64,000 nt of DNA from Deinococcales bacterium (GTDB lineage: Bacteria > Deinococcota > Deinococci > Deinococcales > JAAFIG01), in the NCBI GenBank assembly GCA_043778225.1, contig JAYWGM010000056.1:20594-84593 (forward strand), read 5' to 3'. Of the stretch, positions 36,516-47,169 are shown one piece after another (within the stretch, counting starts at the first letter, position 1; each line of letters opens with the position of its first letter). Both the position numbers and the translations under genes were made by a program. The notes below the pieces were generated by a model that saw nothing but the letters and a program-made list of their open reading frames with translations, did no database searches and was not told where the DNA came from.

Positions 36516-37676
36516 ATGAAAAAGACTGTTTTATTCGCCCTGCTGTGTGCAGGCATTTCCGTAACTGTGGCACAAGAAGCCGAAACCATCAGCGCCCGCT
36601 TGGTCTACAGCGACGCAAAAACCAATACCTTGAATGTCATGAACGTTGCTGACCGCAAGAAAATTGCTTCGTTCAGCACCCCAGGGAAAATTACTTATGT
36701 CCAAGCCAGTGGCAGCAAGCAACACTTAATCGCGGCGCACCGTGCCGATAACCGCATCACGGTACTGAATTCTGGTCTAAGCACCGAAGACCATGGCGAC
36801 CATAAAGACCTCAAAGAAGCCGCACCGTATATCACTGCGACCATGAACGTTGGTAAACAACCAACCCATTATTTTGTTCACGATAAAACAATCGCCTTTT
36901 TTAACGATGGCGACGGCACAGTCTCTATTCTCGATGAGGATAAACTGGGTTTAAGCATGGATTTTGAACAAATCAAAACGGCTCAACCCGACCACGGCGC
37001 TCTGGTTGTTCTCGAGAATCAGGTGCTGGTTGGCTACTTGCGCCTCGGGCGGATAGATGTCTTCGAGCGCAAAACAGGTAAGCTCCAACAGACCCTCGAG
37101 GGATGCCCAGCCTTGCACGGCGAAGCCATGCACTCGAGCGGAATGTACTGGGGTTGCGGCGATGGTGTGATGCTGGTCAAAAGAGACGGTGAAAAATTTA
37201 GCGCCACCAAAATTGCTAATCCTGCTGGCACACCCGCCAATACCCGAGTTGGCACACTGGCAGAATCGAGCAAGCACAATTTTGTGATTGGTAACTTTGG
37301 TAAAGGTATTGCTTTTGTAGACCCAACCAAAGCTGTTCTCGAGATCATGGCATTACCGGCTAACCCAGTCAAAATGGAATTCCTCGAGAATGGTGTCCTG
37401 ATTGTGCTGACCGTCGATGGGAATTTACACAGTCTTGATGTAACTAAACGCAGCGTGATTGCCAGTGTCAATGTCACCCCAGCCGTGCGAACCACAGGCG
37501 AGGGCATTGTCCGACCATCGTTTGCGATCATGCAAGACCGTGTTTTTGTGACCAACCCAGAACAAGGCATTATTGTTGAAGTCAACACCAGCAAAATGTC
37601 GGTGGCACGACGCATCGCCGTTGGTGGCACACCAGCCAGCATTGCAATCAGCATGGCACAGGGCGTGAAGCACTAA
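36516..37676 (+). CDS. AztD-like periplasmic zinc metallochaperone (beta-propeller)
   Basis: AAGGAG RBS; signal peptide; EDHGDH, PTHY, FNDGDG, DHGA, CPALHGEA, GCGDG motifs. Confidence 0.75.
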   Translation: MKKTVLFALLCAGISVTVAQEAETISARLVYSDAKTNTLNVMNVADRKKIASFSTPGKITYVQASGSKQHLIAAHRADNRITVLNSGLSTEDHGDHKDLKEAAPYITATMNVGKQPTHYFVHDKTIAFFNDGDGTVSILDEDKLGLSMDFEQIKTAQPDHGALVVLENQVLVGYLRLGRIDVFERKTGKLQQTLEGCPALHGEAMHSSGMYWGCGDGVMLVKRDGEKFSATKIANPAGTPANTRVGTLAESSKHNFVIGNFGKGIAFVDPTKAVLEIMALPANPVKMEFLENGVLIVLTVDGNLHSLDVTKRSVIASVNVTPAVRTTGEGIVRPSFAIMQDRVFVTNPEQGIIVEVNTSKMSVARRIAVGGTPASIAISMAQGVKH

Positions 37677-37686
37677 GAATTATTTG

Positions 37687-37719
37687 GTGAAAACCCTGCT
37701 TTTGGCAGGGTTTTTTCAC
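37687..37719 (+). terminator. intrinsic terminator
   Basis: AAAACCCTGC-tttt-GGCAGGGTTTTTT. Confidence 0.85.
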
Positions 37720-37734
37720 GTCTCGAGGTTCACC

Positions 37735-38235
37735 ATGAATGCAACTCAAAATCCAATGACGGTACAAATGTGGCTCTGGGGTTTAGATGCCATGCGCGGT
37801 GATTTGGTGGCTCGAGGATTTATCAAAACCACTCGCCCGAGCAATTCGGAATCAAGTATTTATGTGCAAGAAAACTTGTCGCTGCACGGACATGGTATTT
37901 GGCTCGAGACCGAAACCGAAATTCTGGTGTACCGTCGCCCAAGTAAAAACTGGTATGCCTTACCCAAAACTGCCAAGGTTTGTATTGAACACTTTACCCA
38001 AAATAGTCTAGCTTGGTGCGATTTTGCCCGACCCAGACAACTGAGCCATCGTCTGGCTTTAGCCATTGTTAAACCTATTATTCTCGAGTACGAAGACTGG
38101 TTATTTGCGCGGCATGGCGATATTCGTCTTTCACAACTCAAATCCATTCCCAATCAGAAGGTTCGTCGGGCAGTTGCTGCATGGCGCGACTTTACTGGCG
38201 TACAATCAAAGCAGAGGAATCATGCAAATAACTAA
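37735..38235 (+). CDS. hypothetical protein
   Basis: GAGG RBS before MNATQNPM; 166 aa; overlaps the slyD start. Confidence 0.65.
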   Translation: MNATQNPMTVQMWLWGLDAMRGDLVARGFIKTTRPSNSESSIYVQENLSLHGHGIWLETETEILVYRRPSKNWYALPKTAKVCIEHFTQNSLAWCDFARPRQLSHRLALAIVKPIILEYEDWLFARHGDIRLSQLKSIPNQKVRRAVAAWRDFTGVQSKQRNHANN

Positions 38236-38692
38236 AAATACCGTTGTGCAACTTGAATACGAAGCTAAACTCGAGGGTGTAGTCGTGGCGCACACCCATA
38301 AACCTAAATTGCTTTTAATTGGTCATGAACGCGACCTTCCGCCCGGACTCGAGGAAGCGCTGCTTGGAAAAACCGCCCCGCTCGAGTTTAGCGCCAGTTT
38401 TGCTTATCCACCTATGGACGAAAGCAAAGTTACCAAAGTTACTGCCTCGCAACTGCCGATAGAAAATCCTGTGGTTGGTTCAAAGTTCAGTGCCTCAGAT
38501 GCCAACGGGCAAGCGCTTGAGGCTCGAGTGACCGCCCTTGATGGCGACAGCCTTACCGTGGACATGAACCACCCTCGGGCTGGAAAAACCCTCGAGTACA
38601 GCATTCAAATTTTAGCTACTCGAGTTGCAGAGGCTGGAGAACTCGAGCATGGACACGCCCATGGGGCTGGTGGGGTCGAACACAATCATTAA
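38222..38692 (+). CDS. slyD: SlyD FKBP-type peptidyl-prolyl isomerase
   Basis: MQITKNTVVQLEY, LPPGLEEAL, VDMNHPRAGKTL, His-rich tail ELEHGHAHGAGG. Confidence 0.9.
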   Translation: MQITKNTVVQLEYEAKLEGVVVAHTHKPKLLLIGHERDLPPGLEEALLGKTAPLEFSASFAYPPMDESKVTKVTASQLPIENPVVGSKFSASDANGQALEARVTALDGDSLTVDMNHPRAGKTLEYSIQILATRVAEAGELEHGHAHGAGGVEHNH

Positions 38693-38721
38693 GATGAGTG
38701 AGGCTTCATCTCTAAACTGTT

Positions 38722-39570
38722 ATGCTCCTCAGCGTGGATTTTTTCTTACAAGCTGTGATTCTTGGACTGGTCGAGGGCATCACCGAGTTTTTGCCTATCT
38801 CGAGTACCGGACATTTAATTGTTGCCGAGAGCTTACTTGGTTTTTCAGACCCCAATAAAACTTTTACTGTGGTGATTCAAATCGGTGCGATTCTGGCGGT
38901 GGTGCTGTATTATTTTAAGGATTTATTGGCTCGAGTCAGCGGTTTATTTGGCGGGCAAGCCACTGCCCAAAAATTCTGGCTAAATTTAATTATTGCCACC
39001 ATTCCAGCCGCCGTGATTGGTTTGTTGCTCGAGGAGGCGCTGGGATTTCTTGATACGCCTTTGACAGTTGCCTTAGCGCTCATTATTGGTGGAATTATTT
39101 TGTATCTTCTCGAGACTGTTCGAGGTCAACAAAACACCGAGCCAGAATCACTTGAACCGATGATTGACAGCATCACCCCGCGTCAAGCCCTTTTGATTGG
39201 CGCATTTCAAGTGCTGGCGGTAGTTTTTCCGGGGACTTCAAGAAGTGGCGCAAGCATTGTTGGCGGTTGGCTGGTTGGCTTAAATCGTGTCACCGCCACC
39301 GCTTTTTCGTTTTATATGGGCATTCCAACCCTAGGTGCAGCCGGGCTTTACAAGCTCTATAAAGCCCGAGACGAACTTGGCAGTTTACCGGGCGGGTCAA
39401 CTGCCTTAATTGTCGGTAGCGTGGTCAGCTTGGTGACAGCATTTTTAGCCGTCACTTGGCTTCTAAAATTTGTCTCGAGAAATAACTTTAAGGGCTTTGC
39501 AATTTACCGCATTGTGGCTGGCGTGGTGATTTTAATTTTACTCGCCACCAATGTCATCCCCAACGGCTAA
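38722..39570 (+). CDS. uppP: undecaprenyl-diphosphate phosphatase
   Basis: [44 protein letters not shown]. Confidence 0.97.
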   Translation: MLLSVDFFLQAVILGLVEGITEFLPISSTGHLIVAESLLGFSDPNKTFTVVIQIGAILAVVLYYFKDLLARVSGLFGGQATAQKFWLNLIIATIPAAVIGLLLEEALGFLDTPLTVALALIIGGIILYLLETVRGQQNTEPESLEPMIDSITPRQALLIGAFQVLAVVFPGTSRSGASIVGGWLVGLNRVTATAFSFYMGIPTLGAAGLYKLYKARDELGSLPGGSTALIVGSVVSLVTAFLAVTWLLKFVSRNNFKGFAIYRIVAGVVILILLATNVIPNG

Positions 39571-40121
39571 CCACCGAGAATATCGGCTTGTTTTTGCTCA
39601 AAGGTTTTTTCGGCTTTAGCAATAAATTCGTCGGTTATTTTTTGCACTTCGGCTTCGCCGCGTTTGACATCATCTTGGCTGGCGAGTTTATCTTTCTCGA
39701 GTTGCTTAACAGCTTTATTGGCATCCTGCCGAACGTTGCGAATCGCCACTTTGGCTTCTTCGGCGTATTTCTGGGCGGTTTTCACCAAGTCTTTACGGCG
39801 TTCTTCGGTCAAAGTCGGAATGGTAATATAGAGTGCATCGCCTTTGTTGGCTGGGTTTAAGCCGAGGTCGGAATCTCGAATGGCTTTTTCGATTCCATTT
39901 AAGCTGCTGCGGTCAAATGGCGTGACCACCAAGGTTCTCGAGTCTGGCACAGTAATATTTGCCATTTGGTTAATTGGCATTTCTGAGCCGTAATAATCCA
40001 TCGTGACTTTGACCAACATTCCGGGGTTGGCTCGACCTGTTCGTAGCACACTCAAGTGATGATCGAGCGATTCGATGGCTTTGCTCATGCGGTTGCGGGC
40101 ATCGGATAAAATTTCTTTCAT
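39567..40121 (-). CDS. frr: ribosome recycling factor
   Basis: [33 protein letters not shown]. Confidence 0.98.
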   Translation of the reverse strand: MKEILSDARNRMSKAIESLDHHLSVLRTGRANPGMLVKVTMDYYGSEMPINQMANITVPDSRTLVVTPFDRSSLNGIEKAIRDSDLGLNPANKGDALYITIPTLTEERRKDLVKTAQKYAEEAKVAIRNVRQDANKAVKQLEKDKLASQDDVKRGEAEVQKITDEFIAKAEKTFEQKQADILGG

Positions 40122-40244
40122 AATCGCGCTATTCTACCCCGAGAAGGCATGAAACTCTAGCTGCTTGGACTTATCAAAAAACTCGAGGCTCGTACCATTG
40201 CCAAGCTGCAAGTTTTATTGCTGATTTGCTCGAGCAGGATGAGT

Positions 40245-41810
40245 TCAGCGCACCTCGAGCAGCACAAAACCGTAGGGTGAAAGTTTGACCTGATAATTAT
40301 TTTTCATGGCGGCAAGATTTTTACCGTGGGTCAACTCGCGCACTGTTCCACCAAGCTCGAGTAAGGTTTTTTTGGTGCTTAGGGTTGCCACTTGTGGGTC
40401 TGAATCCAGATTGATGACGACCGCGATTTTTTGGTCTTTGTAGGCTCGAGTAAAGGCAAACACGCGGTCATTGCCAGTGTTGATTGGTTCATAGCCACCA
40501 ACCCGCAGGGCTGGGTTGGCTTGTCGAATCCGAATTAAATTTTTATAAAGTGTCCATAGGCTGCCCGCCTTTTGTTGGGCTGCGACATTGATATTTTCTT
40601 CGCTGCTGCTAAAAAGTTGCCAAGGCTGGACGCTCGAGAAACCAGCAAATGCTCCATTACTCCAACGCATCGGGGTGCGCTTGGCTTCGTCTCGAGAACT
40701 GGCGGCGTTGGGCATTCCGATTTCTTCGCCATAATAAATAAATGGCGTTCCGGGCAACGTTAAGAGCATTGCAGCAGCACTGCGGTAGCGTCCAGCATTA
40801 AAAAACTTCATTCGCTCGAGGTCGTGGTTGCTGGTAAAAATGGCATCCACGGCTTCTTTGGGGTAACTGCTTGCGACTCGAGCTAAGACTTGCTGCACTG
40901 CGCCGGGGTTAGCGCGGTTGGCGGTTTCGCGCACGGCTCTACCGAGGTCAAAATTAAAGCCCATTTTCTGACCTGTGCCATTTTGGAAATACTTGGCGAC
41001 GGTTTCGGTGTTGGTCCAGATTTCTGAAACCACGGTTGCATCGGCTTTAATACCTTTGACAAACTGCGTAAAGTCGGTTTGCCAATCCATATCAGCTTGG
41101 GTGTCTGGTGTGTTGCCGTCGGTTTCCTCAAATAAATAGCGCGGTGCATCCACCCGAAAACCGTCCACCCCAAGCTCGAGCCAGTATTTGGCAGCCGCAA
41201 ACATCGCCTCGCGCACATTGGCATTGCGCCAATTGAGGTCGGGCATTCCCTCCCAAAAAACGCCATAGTAATACTCGGTTTTGCTTGAGCTAACGGGATG
41301 CCATGCTGGGTTGCCGCCTACCCACGGTTGTTTCCAGCCTGGATTTTGGTCGCGCCAGTTGTACCAACTTTTTTTGTCGCCACCCGCTAAGGCATTTAAA
41401 AACCACGGATGAGACCGAGCCGTATGATTTGGCACATAATCTAAAATCACCCGAATGCCACGGGCTTTGGCGGCGGCTAAAAAGACCTTAAAATCCTCGA
41501 GTGTGCCAAAATCGGGGTTGATGCCTTGGTAATCGGTGATGTCATAACCATGATAACTTGGGCTTGGATGAATTGGATTGAGCCAAAGGGCGTTAATTCC
41601 CAAATCTTTGAGGTAATCGAGTCTCGAGGTTAAACCCGCCAAGTCGCCTTTTCCGTCGCCGTTGGAATCTTGGAATGAGCGTACAAAAACCTGATAAAAA
41701 ACACTGTTGGCGTACCACGTCTCCGCCCGCGAACTCGGCGCTCGAGAACCAAGCAACTGAGCCGAGGCGATGCCAAAAAGCAACAAGGCGATCAAAGTTT
41801 TTTTGAACAT
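40245..41810 (-). CDS. secreted GH13 alpha-amylase family glycosidase
   Basis: Signal peptide; FYQVFVRSFQDSNGDGKGD, SYHGYD, VPNHT, DGFRVDA, SEIW, NHD, YYGEEIGM. Confidence 0.93.
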   Translation of the reverse strand: MFKKTLIALLLFGIASAQLLGSRAPSSRAETWYANSVFYQVFVRSFQDSNGDGKGDLAGLTSRLDYLKDLGINALWLNPIHPSPSYHGYDITDYQGINPDFGTLEDFKVFLAAAKARGIRVILDYVPNHTARSHPWFLNALAGGDKKSWYNWRDQNPGWKQPWVGGNPAWHPVSSSKTEYYYGVFWEGMPDLNWRNANVREAMFAAAKYWLELGVDGFRVDAPRYLFEETDGNTPDTQADMDWQTDFTQFVKGIKADATVVSEIWTNTETVAKYFQNGTGQKMGFNFDLGRAVRETANRANPGAVQQVLARVASSYPKEAVDAIFTSNHDLERMKFFNAGRYRSAAAMLLTLPGTPFIYYGEEIGMPNAASSRDEAKRTPMRWSNGAFAGFSSVQPWQLFSSSEENINVAAQQKAGSLWTLYKNLIRIRQANPALRVGGYEPINTGNDRVFAFTRAYKDQKIAVVINLDSDPQVATLSTKKTLLELGGTVRELTHGKNLAAMKNNYQVKLSPYGFVLLEVR

Positions 41811-41819
41811 AGAGCTAGT

Positions 41820-42569
41820 TTAACTCAAGTTCTCGACCAAATCACGTTTTTTAAGGGCGATATAGGCTTCCCAAACCTGTTCTCGAGCCAAACCTAAATT
41901 GAGATGCACTTCCCAAAGGCTGACTGCCCCATTGAGAACATCGTAAACCTGAAACTCGAGGTCGGTGAGTTCAACATTTTTCTTGGCAAAAAGTCCAAGC
42001 AAACCTTTGGTTTTGGGCTCTTTCTTGCGTAATCGTAAGGCTTTTAAGCGCTCCGGGGTGCATGGAGATTTTTCTGAAGACAACAGCCGTTTTTGCATCA
42101 ATTGCTTGATGATGCTGTTGAGCGTAGCTGTATTGAGTTCTGTATTGATCAATAAATCTTCAAAAGTAGTCCCGTTGGCATGGTTCAAGACTCGAGCCTC
42201 AAATTCGTTCAAATCAAGGCTGGTGTGTTTTTCGGCATAAAAATAGCCATCGAGTTTGGTTGGGACTTCAAACTTTTTTTCCTCGATTGTGCTGCCGCTT
42301 TGCAGTTTATTGCGGTCAGCTTCGGTAATGCTTTTCAGTGGGGCTGGAATCCCCTCGACAAAATCAAGGCTGTAATTGTGCCAAGTCAGGGCTTCTTGCA
42401 CAGCTGGAAAACCAAATGTCCAGCCATGTTGGGCATGAACCAGTGTTCCGTACTCGAGGAATAAATTGATTTCTGTGCCATCGCGTTTTTGTAAACGCAA
42501 ACGACCAGTTCGACGTTTGGCTTGCTCCTGTGCTAACTCGGTCATCAGGCTAGAATTTTGATTGTTCAT
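41820..42569 (-). CDS. DUF4388/PATAN-like domain protein
   Basis: RTGRLRL...LFLEYGTLVHA...G..AV...LTW N-terminal domain followed by two wHTH-like repeats. Confidence 0.65.
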   Translation of the reverse strand: MNNQNSSLMTELAQEQAKRRTGRLRLQKRDGTEINLFLEYGTLVHAQHGWTFGFPAVQEALTWHNYSLDFVEGIPAPLKSITEADRNKLQSGSTIEEKKFEVPTKLDGYFYAEKHTSLDLNEFEARVLNHANGTTFEDLLINTELNTATLNSIIKQLMQKRLLSSEKSPCTPERLKALRLRKKEPKTKGLLGLFAKKNVELTDLEFQVYDVLNGAVSLWEVHLNLGLAREQVWEAYIALKKRDLVENLS

Positions 42570-42709
42570 GATTACTTAGGATTATAGCCTAAAGGTTGCG
42601 GTATTAACGACTGGGGATTTGTCACTCGAGACCAAGCCAACGTTAAAATGATAAGCCATGGCAGTATTACTTTAGGAATGGTTTTCTGGACATATTTTTT
42701 ATAGCTGCG

Positions 42710-42770
42710 GATTTGTACTGCAATACCGAACTGAAAGATTTGTACTGCAATACCGAACCGATTTTGTACC
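42710..42770. repeat. direct repeat upstream of the cox operon
   Basis: GATTTGTACTGCAATACCGAAC exact at 42710 and 42737, partial third copy at 42760. Confidence 0.85.
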
Positions 42771-42882
42771 TCGAGACACAAGTTTTAGGGCAAATTTTAA
42801 GCTAAACTAGACAAGTCCCAAAATTAACTCGAGTGACCGCCGTATGCCGGAGGCTCGAAAATTTATTCTAGGAGCGTGGCAG

Positions 42883-43758
42883 ATGTTTCCAGCAAACTTC
42901 GAGTACATTCGTTCTCACTCAACCGACGAGGCTTTTACCGCCCTGCAAGAACATGGCAGTGAGGCTCGAGTTCTGGCGGGTGGGCAGAGTTTAATTCCAG
43001 CCATGCGCTACCGATTGGCGCGTCCAGCCGTTTTGGTGGACATTAACCCGATTAAAGAATTGTCGTATTTGCACGAAAAAGATGGTTTTTTGCTGATTGG
43101 CGCAACCACCCGAGATGCGGCGCTCGAGTTCAATCAAAATATCTTGGCACGCTACAGCCTGATAACGGCAGTCTCGAGGGTGGTTGCCGACCCGATTGTG
43201 CGCCAAATGGGAACAGTCGTGGGCAGCATTTGCCACAACGACCCCTCGGGCGATTGGACTGCTACCGCGCTGGCATCTCGAGCCACGATGATTGTGCGTG
43301 GCGCAAATGGTACTCGAGAAATATCCATAGATGATTTTTTGCTCGATTCATTCACCACCGCCATTGAAGAAGGTGAAATGGCAATCGAAGTGCGAATTCC
43401 AATTCCCGATGCCCAGACCCAAGGCAGTTACCAAAAAATCGAACGCAAAGTCGGCGATTACGCGACCTGTGCGGCGGCGGTTCAAATTTCCTTAAATCCA
43501 GATGGCACAATCCGCGAGGCTGGAATTGCGATTACGGCGGCTGGTCCAATTGCGATGCGGGTCGCGGCTGCCGAAGCAATGCTGCGCGGACAGCGCCCGA
43601 GTGCCGAGTTAATCAAAGCATCAGCTGCCGAAGCCCCGAAAATTGCCAGTCCAAACGCTGACCAACGTGGCAGTGCCGAGTATAAAAAAGACATGACTCG
43701 AGTCTTGGTTGGGCGCGGTATCCAAGAATCGTTGCAACGCTTGGGGGTTGGTGTATGA
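42883..43758 (+). CDS. coxM: CO dehydrogenase medium (FAD) subunit
   Basis: [46 protein letters not shown]. Confidence 0.93.
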   Translation: MFPANFEYIRSHSTDEAFTALQEHGSEARVLAGGQSLIPAMRYRLARPAVLVDINPIKELSYLHEKDGFLLIGATTRDAALEFNQNILARYSLITAVSRVVADPIVRQMGTVVGSICHNDPSGDWTATALASRATMIVRGANGTREISIDDFLLDSFTTAIEEGEMAIEVRIPIPDAQTQGSYQKIERKVGDYATCAAAVQISLNPDGTIREAGIAITAAGPIAMRVAAAEAMLRGQRPSAELIKASAAEAPKIASPNADQRGSAEYKKDMTRVLVGRGIQESLQRLGVGV

Positions 43759-44219
43759 GCCAAGTTTCTTTACATCTCAATGGCAAAACAGTTTCCGCCG
43801 AAATCGAAAACCGCACGCTCTTGGTGCATTTTATACGAGAACAAGCTCACCTGACCGGTACACACGTTGGCTGTGACTCGAGCAGTTGCGGTGTCTGTAC
43901 GGTTTTGATGGATGGTGTACCGGTCAAATCCTGTACCGTTTTTGCCGTCATGGCACAAGGGCATGAAATTAAAACTGTCGAGTCGCTCGCACCCGGCGGC
44001 GTGCTGCATCCAATTCAGCAAGCCTTCTGGGACCAACACGGTTTGCAGTGCGGTTACTGTACCCCCGGAATGATGATGACCAGTTTAGCGCTGCTCGAGC
44101 AGAACCCAAACCCAAGCGAACACGAAATTCGCGAAGGTCTGAGTGGCAATCTTTGCCGTTGCACTGGGTACAACAACATTGTTAAAGCTGTGCAGCAAGC
44201 TGCTAAAAGTATGGGGTGA
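43755..44219 (+). CDS. coxS: CO dehydrogenase small [2Fe-2S] subunit
   Basis: [12 protein letters not shown]...[20 protein letters not shown]. Confidence 0.96.
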   Translation: MSQVSLHLNGKTVSAEIENRTLLVHFIREQAHLTGTHVGCDSSSCGVCTVLMDGVPVKSCTVFAVMAQGHEIKTVESLAPGGVLHPIQQAFWDQHGLQCGYCTPGMMMTSLALLEQNPNPSEHEIREGLSGNLCRCTGYNNIVKAVQQAAKSMG

Positions 44220-44220
44220 A

Positions 44221-44286
44221 AGGGTTAAAAGGTCAAAAGTTCAAGTATTTTACTTTTAACCTTTTCTACTTTTAACCTTTTAACCT
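44221..44286. repeat. inverted repeat built from GGTTAAAA/TTTTAACC octamers, between coxS and coxL
   Basis: AGGGTTAAAAGGTCAAAAGT...ACTTTTAACCTTTTAACCT. Confidence 0.65.
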
Positions 44287-44303
44287 CTCTAAAAGGAGTA
44301 TGT

Positions 44304-46643
44304 ATGACAACCGAAAAACACGCCATGGGTAAATCCATGAAACGCAAAGAAGACCCGCGTTTTTTGCAAGGCAAAGGCAACTATATAGATGATATAAACC
44401 TGCCAGAGCAACTCTGGATGGCATTGGTGCATAGCCCGTATCCTCATGCCAACATTAAGGGTATAGACTCGAGTGCTGCGATGCAGATTCCGGGTGCGGT
44501 GGCGGTTGTGACCAGCAAAGAACTCAATGCCAATGGGGTTGGCTGGCTGCCGACTTTTCATGGCTTAGATAAGCAAATGGTCTTGGCGGATGGCAAAGTT
44601 TTGTACCAGTACCAAGAAGTGGCGGCGGTCTATGCCGAAACTCGAGAAGCGGCTTACGATATGGCAGAACTGGTCGAGGTGGATTATGAACCACTGCCTG
44701 TCATGGCTGACCCCTACAAATCCATGACCGACGAAGTGCTGCTGCGCCCAGACCGCGCCAACGCGACCAACCATATTTTTAATTGGAATGTCGGCAAAAA
44801 AGACGAAACCGATGCGGCGCTATCGTCAGCCGAACACGTTGTTAAACAACACATGAAGTTCCAAAGGGTTCATGCTGCGCCGCTCGAGCCTTGTGGTTGT
44901 ATTGCCGAATTTGATGTCATGGGGCGCTTGCAGTTTTATGTGACTTCCCAAGCGCCACACGTCTACCGCACCGCCTTGTTTTTGGTGCTTGGCATTCCCG
45001 AGGATAAAATCCGTGTCATTAGCCCAGACCTTGGTGGTGGCTTTGGCAATAAAGTGCCAGTCTATCCCGGCTATGTTTGTGCAATTGCGGGGGCATTGGT
45101 CTTAAAGCGTCCGGTCAAATGGATTGAAACCCGCACCGAAAATATGACCTCGAGTTTTGCCCGCGATTACCACATGGACATCGAAATTGGTGCAACCAAA
45201 GAAGGCAAGTTGACCGCCTTAAAAGTCAATACGGTTGCCGACCACGGGGCATTTGACGCGGCGGCTGACCCCAGCAAATACCCAGCCGGAATGTTTGGGA
45301 TTGTTACGGGCAGTTATGATTTCCCCAATGCCTATGCCAATTTGGATGCCTATTTTACCAATAAAATGCCCGGTGGCGTTGCCTACCGTTGCAGTTTTCG
45401 GGTGACTGAAGCCAGTTATTGTATCGAACGTGCCATGGATATTCTCGCCGATGAACTCCAAATAGACCCTGCCGAGCTTCGCCGCAAAAACTTTGTCCAA
45501 CCCGAGCAGTTTCCATATCAATCGCCCTTAAATTTTATTTATGACTCTGGCGATTACGAAAAAACCATGGATGTTGCGCTTGAGCGAATCGGCTATCAAG
45601 AATTGCTGCTCGAGCAGCGCCAAAAACGTGCCAAAGGCGAGTTGATGGGCATTGGGCTATCCACTTTTACCGAAGTGACTGGCGCAGGACCAAGCAAACA
45701 CTTTGATATTTTAGGCATTAAAATGTTTGATGGGGCAGAAATCCGTATTCATCCAAGCGGCTCGGGGATTATTCGCACCGGCACAAAATCCCAAGGACAA
45801 GGACACGAAACCACTTGGGCGCAAATTGTTGCCGAAGAACTTGGTTTAGACCCACAGAATTTCTTGGTCGAAGAAGGCGACACCGATACCGCTCCGTATG
45901 GTTTAGGCACATATGCCAGCCGCAGTACCCCAGTAGCGGGTGGGGCGCTGGCACTGGCTGCCCGCAAAATCCGTGAAAAAGCCCGAAAAATTGCGGCTCA
46001 CGTTCTCGAGGTTTCCGAACACGACCTCGAGTGGAAAGACTACAAATTTAATGTCATGGGTGCGCCCGGCAAAAGCATCACGATGAAAGAAATTGCCTTT
46101 GCTGCCTACACCAACCCCGGCGACAACGAACCCGGACTCGAGACAACCCTCTATTACGACCCACCAAATATGGTTTTTCCACATGGTACCTATGTGGCGG
46201 TGGTGGATGTAGACCGCGAGACGGGCGAAACCAAGGTGCGGCGCTTTTTAGCCATAGATGACTGTGGCACGATTATCAATCCAATGATTGTTGAGGGACA
46301 AGTTCACGGTGGCTTAACCGAAGGTTTTGCGATTGCGTTTATGCAAGAAATTGCTTATGACGACGAGGGCAACAACCTCAGCACCAATTTTACCGATTAC
46401 CTTGTTCCGACCAGTCTCGAGTCACCGCATTGGGAAACCGGACACACCGTCACCCCCAGCCCGCATCATCCAATTGGCGCAAAATCAGTCGGCGAAAGCC
46501 CCAATGTCGGTAGTCCAGCTGCTTTTGTCAATGCGGTCATAGATGCACTTTCGCCGCTTGGCATCAAGCACATTGATATGCCACTGACTCGAGAAAAAGT
46601 CTGGAGTGCCATTCGAGCCGCCGAAGCCCAAGCCGCCGATTAA
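44304..46643 (+). CDS. coxL: form I aerobic (Mo,Cu) CO dehydrogenase large subunit
   Basis: Active-site motif VAYRCSFR; RKEDPRF, GGGFGNK, GQGHETT, GQVHGG; AAGGAG RBS. Confidence 0.96.
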   Translation: MTTEKHAMGKSMKRKEDPRFLQGKGNYIDDINLPEQLWMALVHSPYPHANIKGIDSSAAMQIPGAVAVVTSKELNANGVGWLPTFHGLDKQMVLADGKVLYQYQEVAAVYAETREAAYDMAELVEVDYEPLPVMADPYKSMTDEVLLRPDRANATNHIFNWNVGKKDETDAALSSAEHVVKQHMKFQRVHAAPLEPCGCIAEFDVMGRLQFYVTSQAPHVYRTALFLVLGIPEDKIRVISPDLGGGFGNKVPVYPGYVCAIAGALVLKRPVKWIETRTENMTSSFARDYHMDIEIGATKEGKLTALKVNTVADHGAFDAAADPSKYPAGMFGIVTGSYDFPNAYANLDAYFTNKMPGGVAYRCSFRVTEASYCIERAMDILADELQIDPAELRRKNFVQPEQFPYQSPLNFIYDSGDYEKTMDVALERIGYQELLLEQRQKRAKGELMGIGLSTFTEVTGAGPSKHFDILGIKMFDGAEIRIHPSGSGIIRTGTKSQGQGHETTWAQIVAEELGLDPQNFLVEEGDTDTAPYGLGTYASRSTPVAGGALALAARKIREKARKIAAHVLEVSEHDLEWKDYKFNVMGAPGKSITMKEIAFAAYTNPGDNEPGLETTLYYDPPNMVFPHGTYVAVVDVDRETGETKVRRFLAIDDCGTIINPMIVEGQVHGGLTEGFAIAFMQEIAYDDEGNNLSTNFTDYLVPTSLESPHWETGHTVTPSPHHPIGAKSVGESPNVGSPAAFVNAVIDALSPLGIKHIDMPLTREKVWSAIRAAEAQAAD

Positions 46644-46677
46644 AATCAAATGGGCGTGCTGCGCCCAAAAAGCAACC

Positions 46678-46701
46678 GTAGGGGCGAGGTACGCCTCGCC
46701 C
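46678..46701 (+). repeat. GTAG-type REP-like palindrome
   Basis: GTAG overlapping GGGCGAGG-tacg-CCTCGCCC in the coxL-coxG spacer. Confidence 0.5.
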
Positions 46702-46719
46702 ACTTTAAGGGGTGATGTT

Positions 46720-47169
46720 TTGAAACTCGAGTATAGTGGTACAGAACAAGTTCCATTGGGGCAAGAAGCCGTTTGGGCTTTTATCAATGACCCGCAAAAA
46801 GTCGCCTCGTGCTTGCCCGATGTCAAAACAGTCACGGTGCATGACGATAAAAATTTTGATGCCACCGTCAGTATTGGTTTAGGTCCGGTGCGCGGCAGTT
46901 TTAAGTTTAAGATTACGCTCGAGCCTCAAGTCGGTGGGCAGCGAATGAATGTCAAAATTTCTGGCGGTGGCTTTGGCAGTGTGGTGGATTTGTTGGCTGG
47001 CGCGGACTTAAAAGACAATGGCGACAGCACCACCACGCTGGATTGGAGCGGTGCAGCCACAATGCGCGGACCGATTGCCACGGTCGGCGGACGGGTGCTG
47101 GATGCCCAAGCCCAAAAGTTAATCGCTGGAACATTTGCCAATGTCAAAACCCGAATGGCAGGGGGATAA
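46720..47169 (+). CDS. coxG: CoxG (SRPBCC) protein
   Basis: TTG start; VWAFINDPQKVASCLP, GLGPVRGSF, GPIATVGGRVL. Confidence 0.88.
   Translation: MKLEYSGTEQVPLGQEAVWAFINDPQKVASCLPDVKTVTVHDDKNFDATVSIGLGPVRGSFKFKITLEPQVGGQRMNVKISGGGFGSVVDLLAGADLKDNGDSTTTLDWSGAATMRGPIATVGGRVLDAQAQKLIAGTFANVKTRMAGG

Noticed and set aside
37034..37654. 206-aa minus-strand ORF and other long antisense ORFs in the track
   Set aside because: They are shadows of well-supported genes on the opposite strand, with no independent motifs or RBS.
42710..42770. Possible mini-CRISPR
   Set aside because: Only two full copies separated by 5 nt; no spacer-length unique sequence.
46606..46719. N-terminal extension of CoxG given in the ORF track
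   Set aside because: It overlaps the coxL end and a palindromic spacer; CoxG similarity starts at the TTG at 46720. Similar over-extended starts were trimmed for ispH, metY, dsbA, vkor, mbnP, slyD and coxD.
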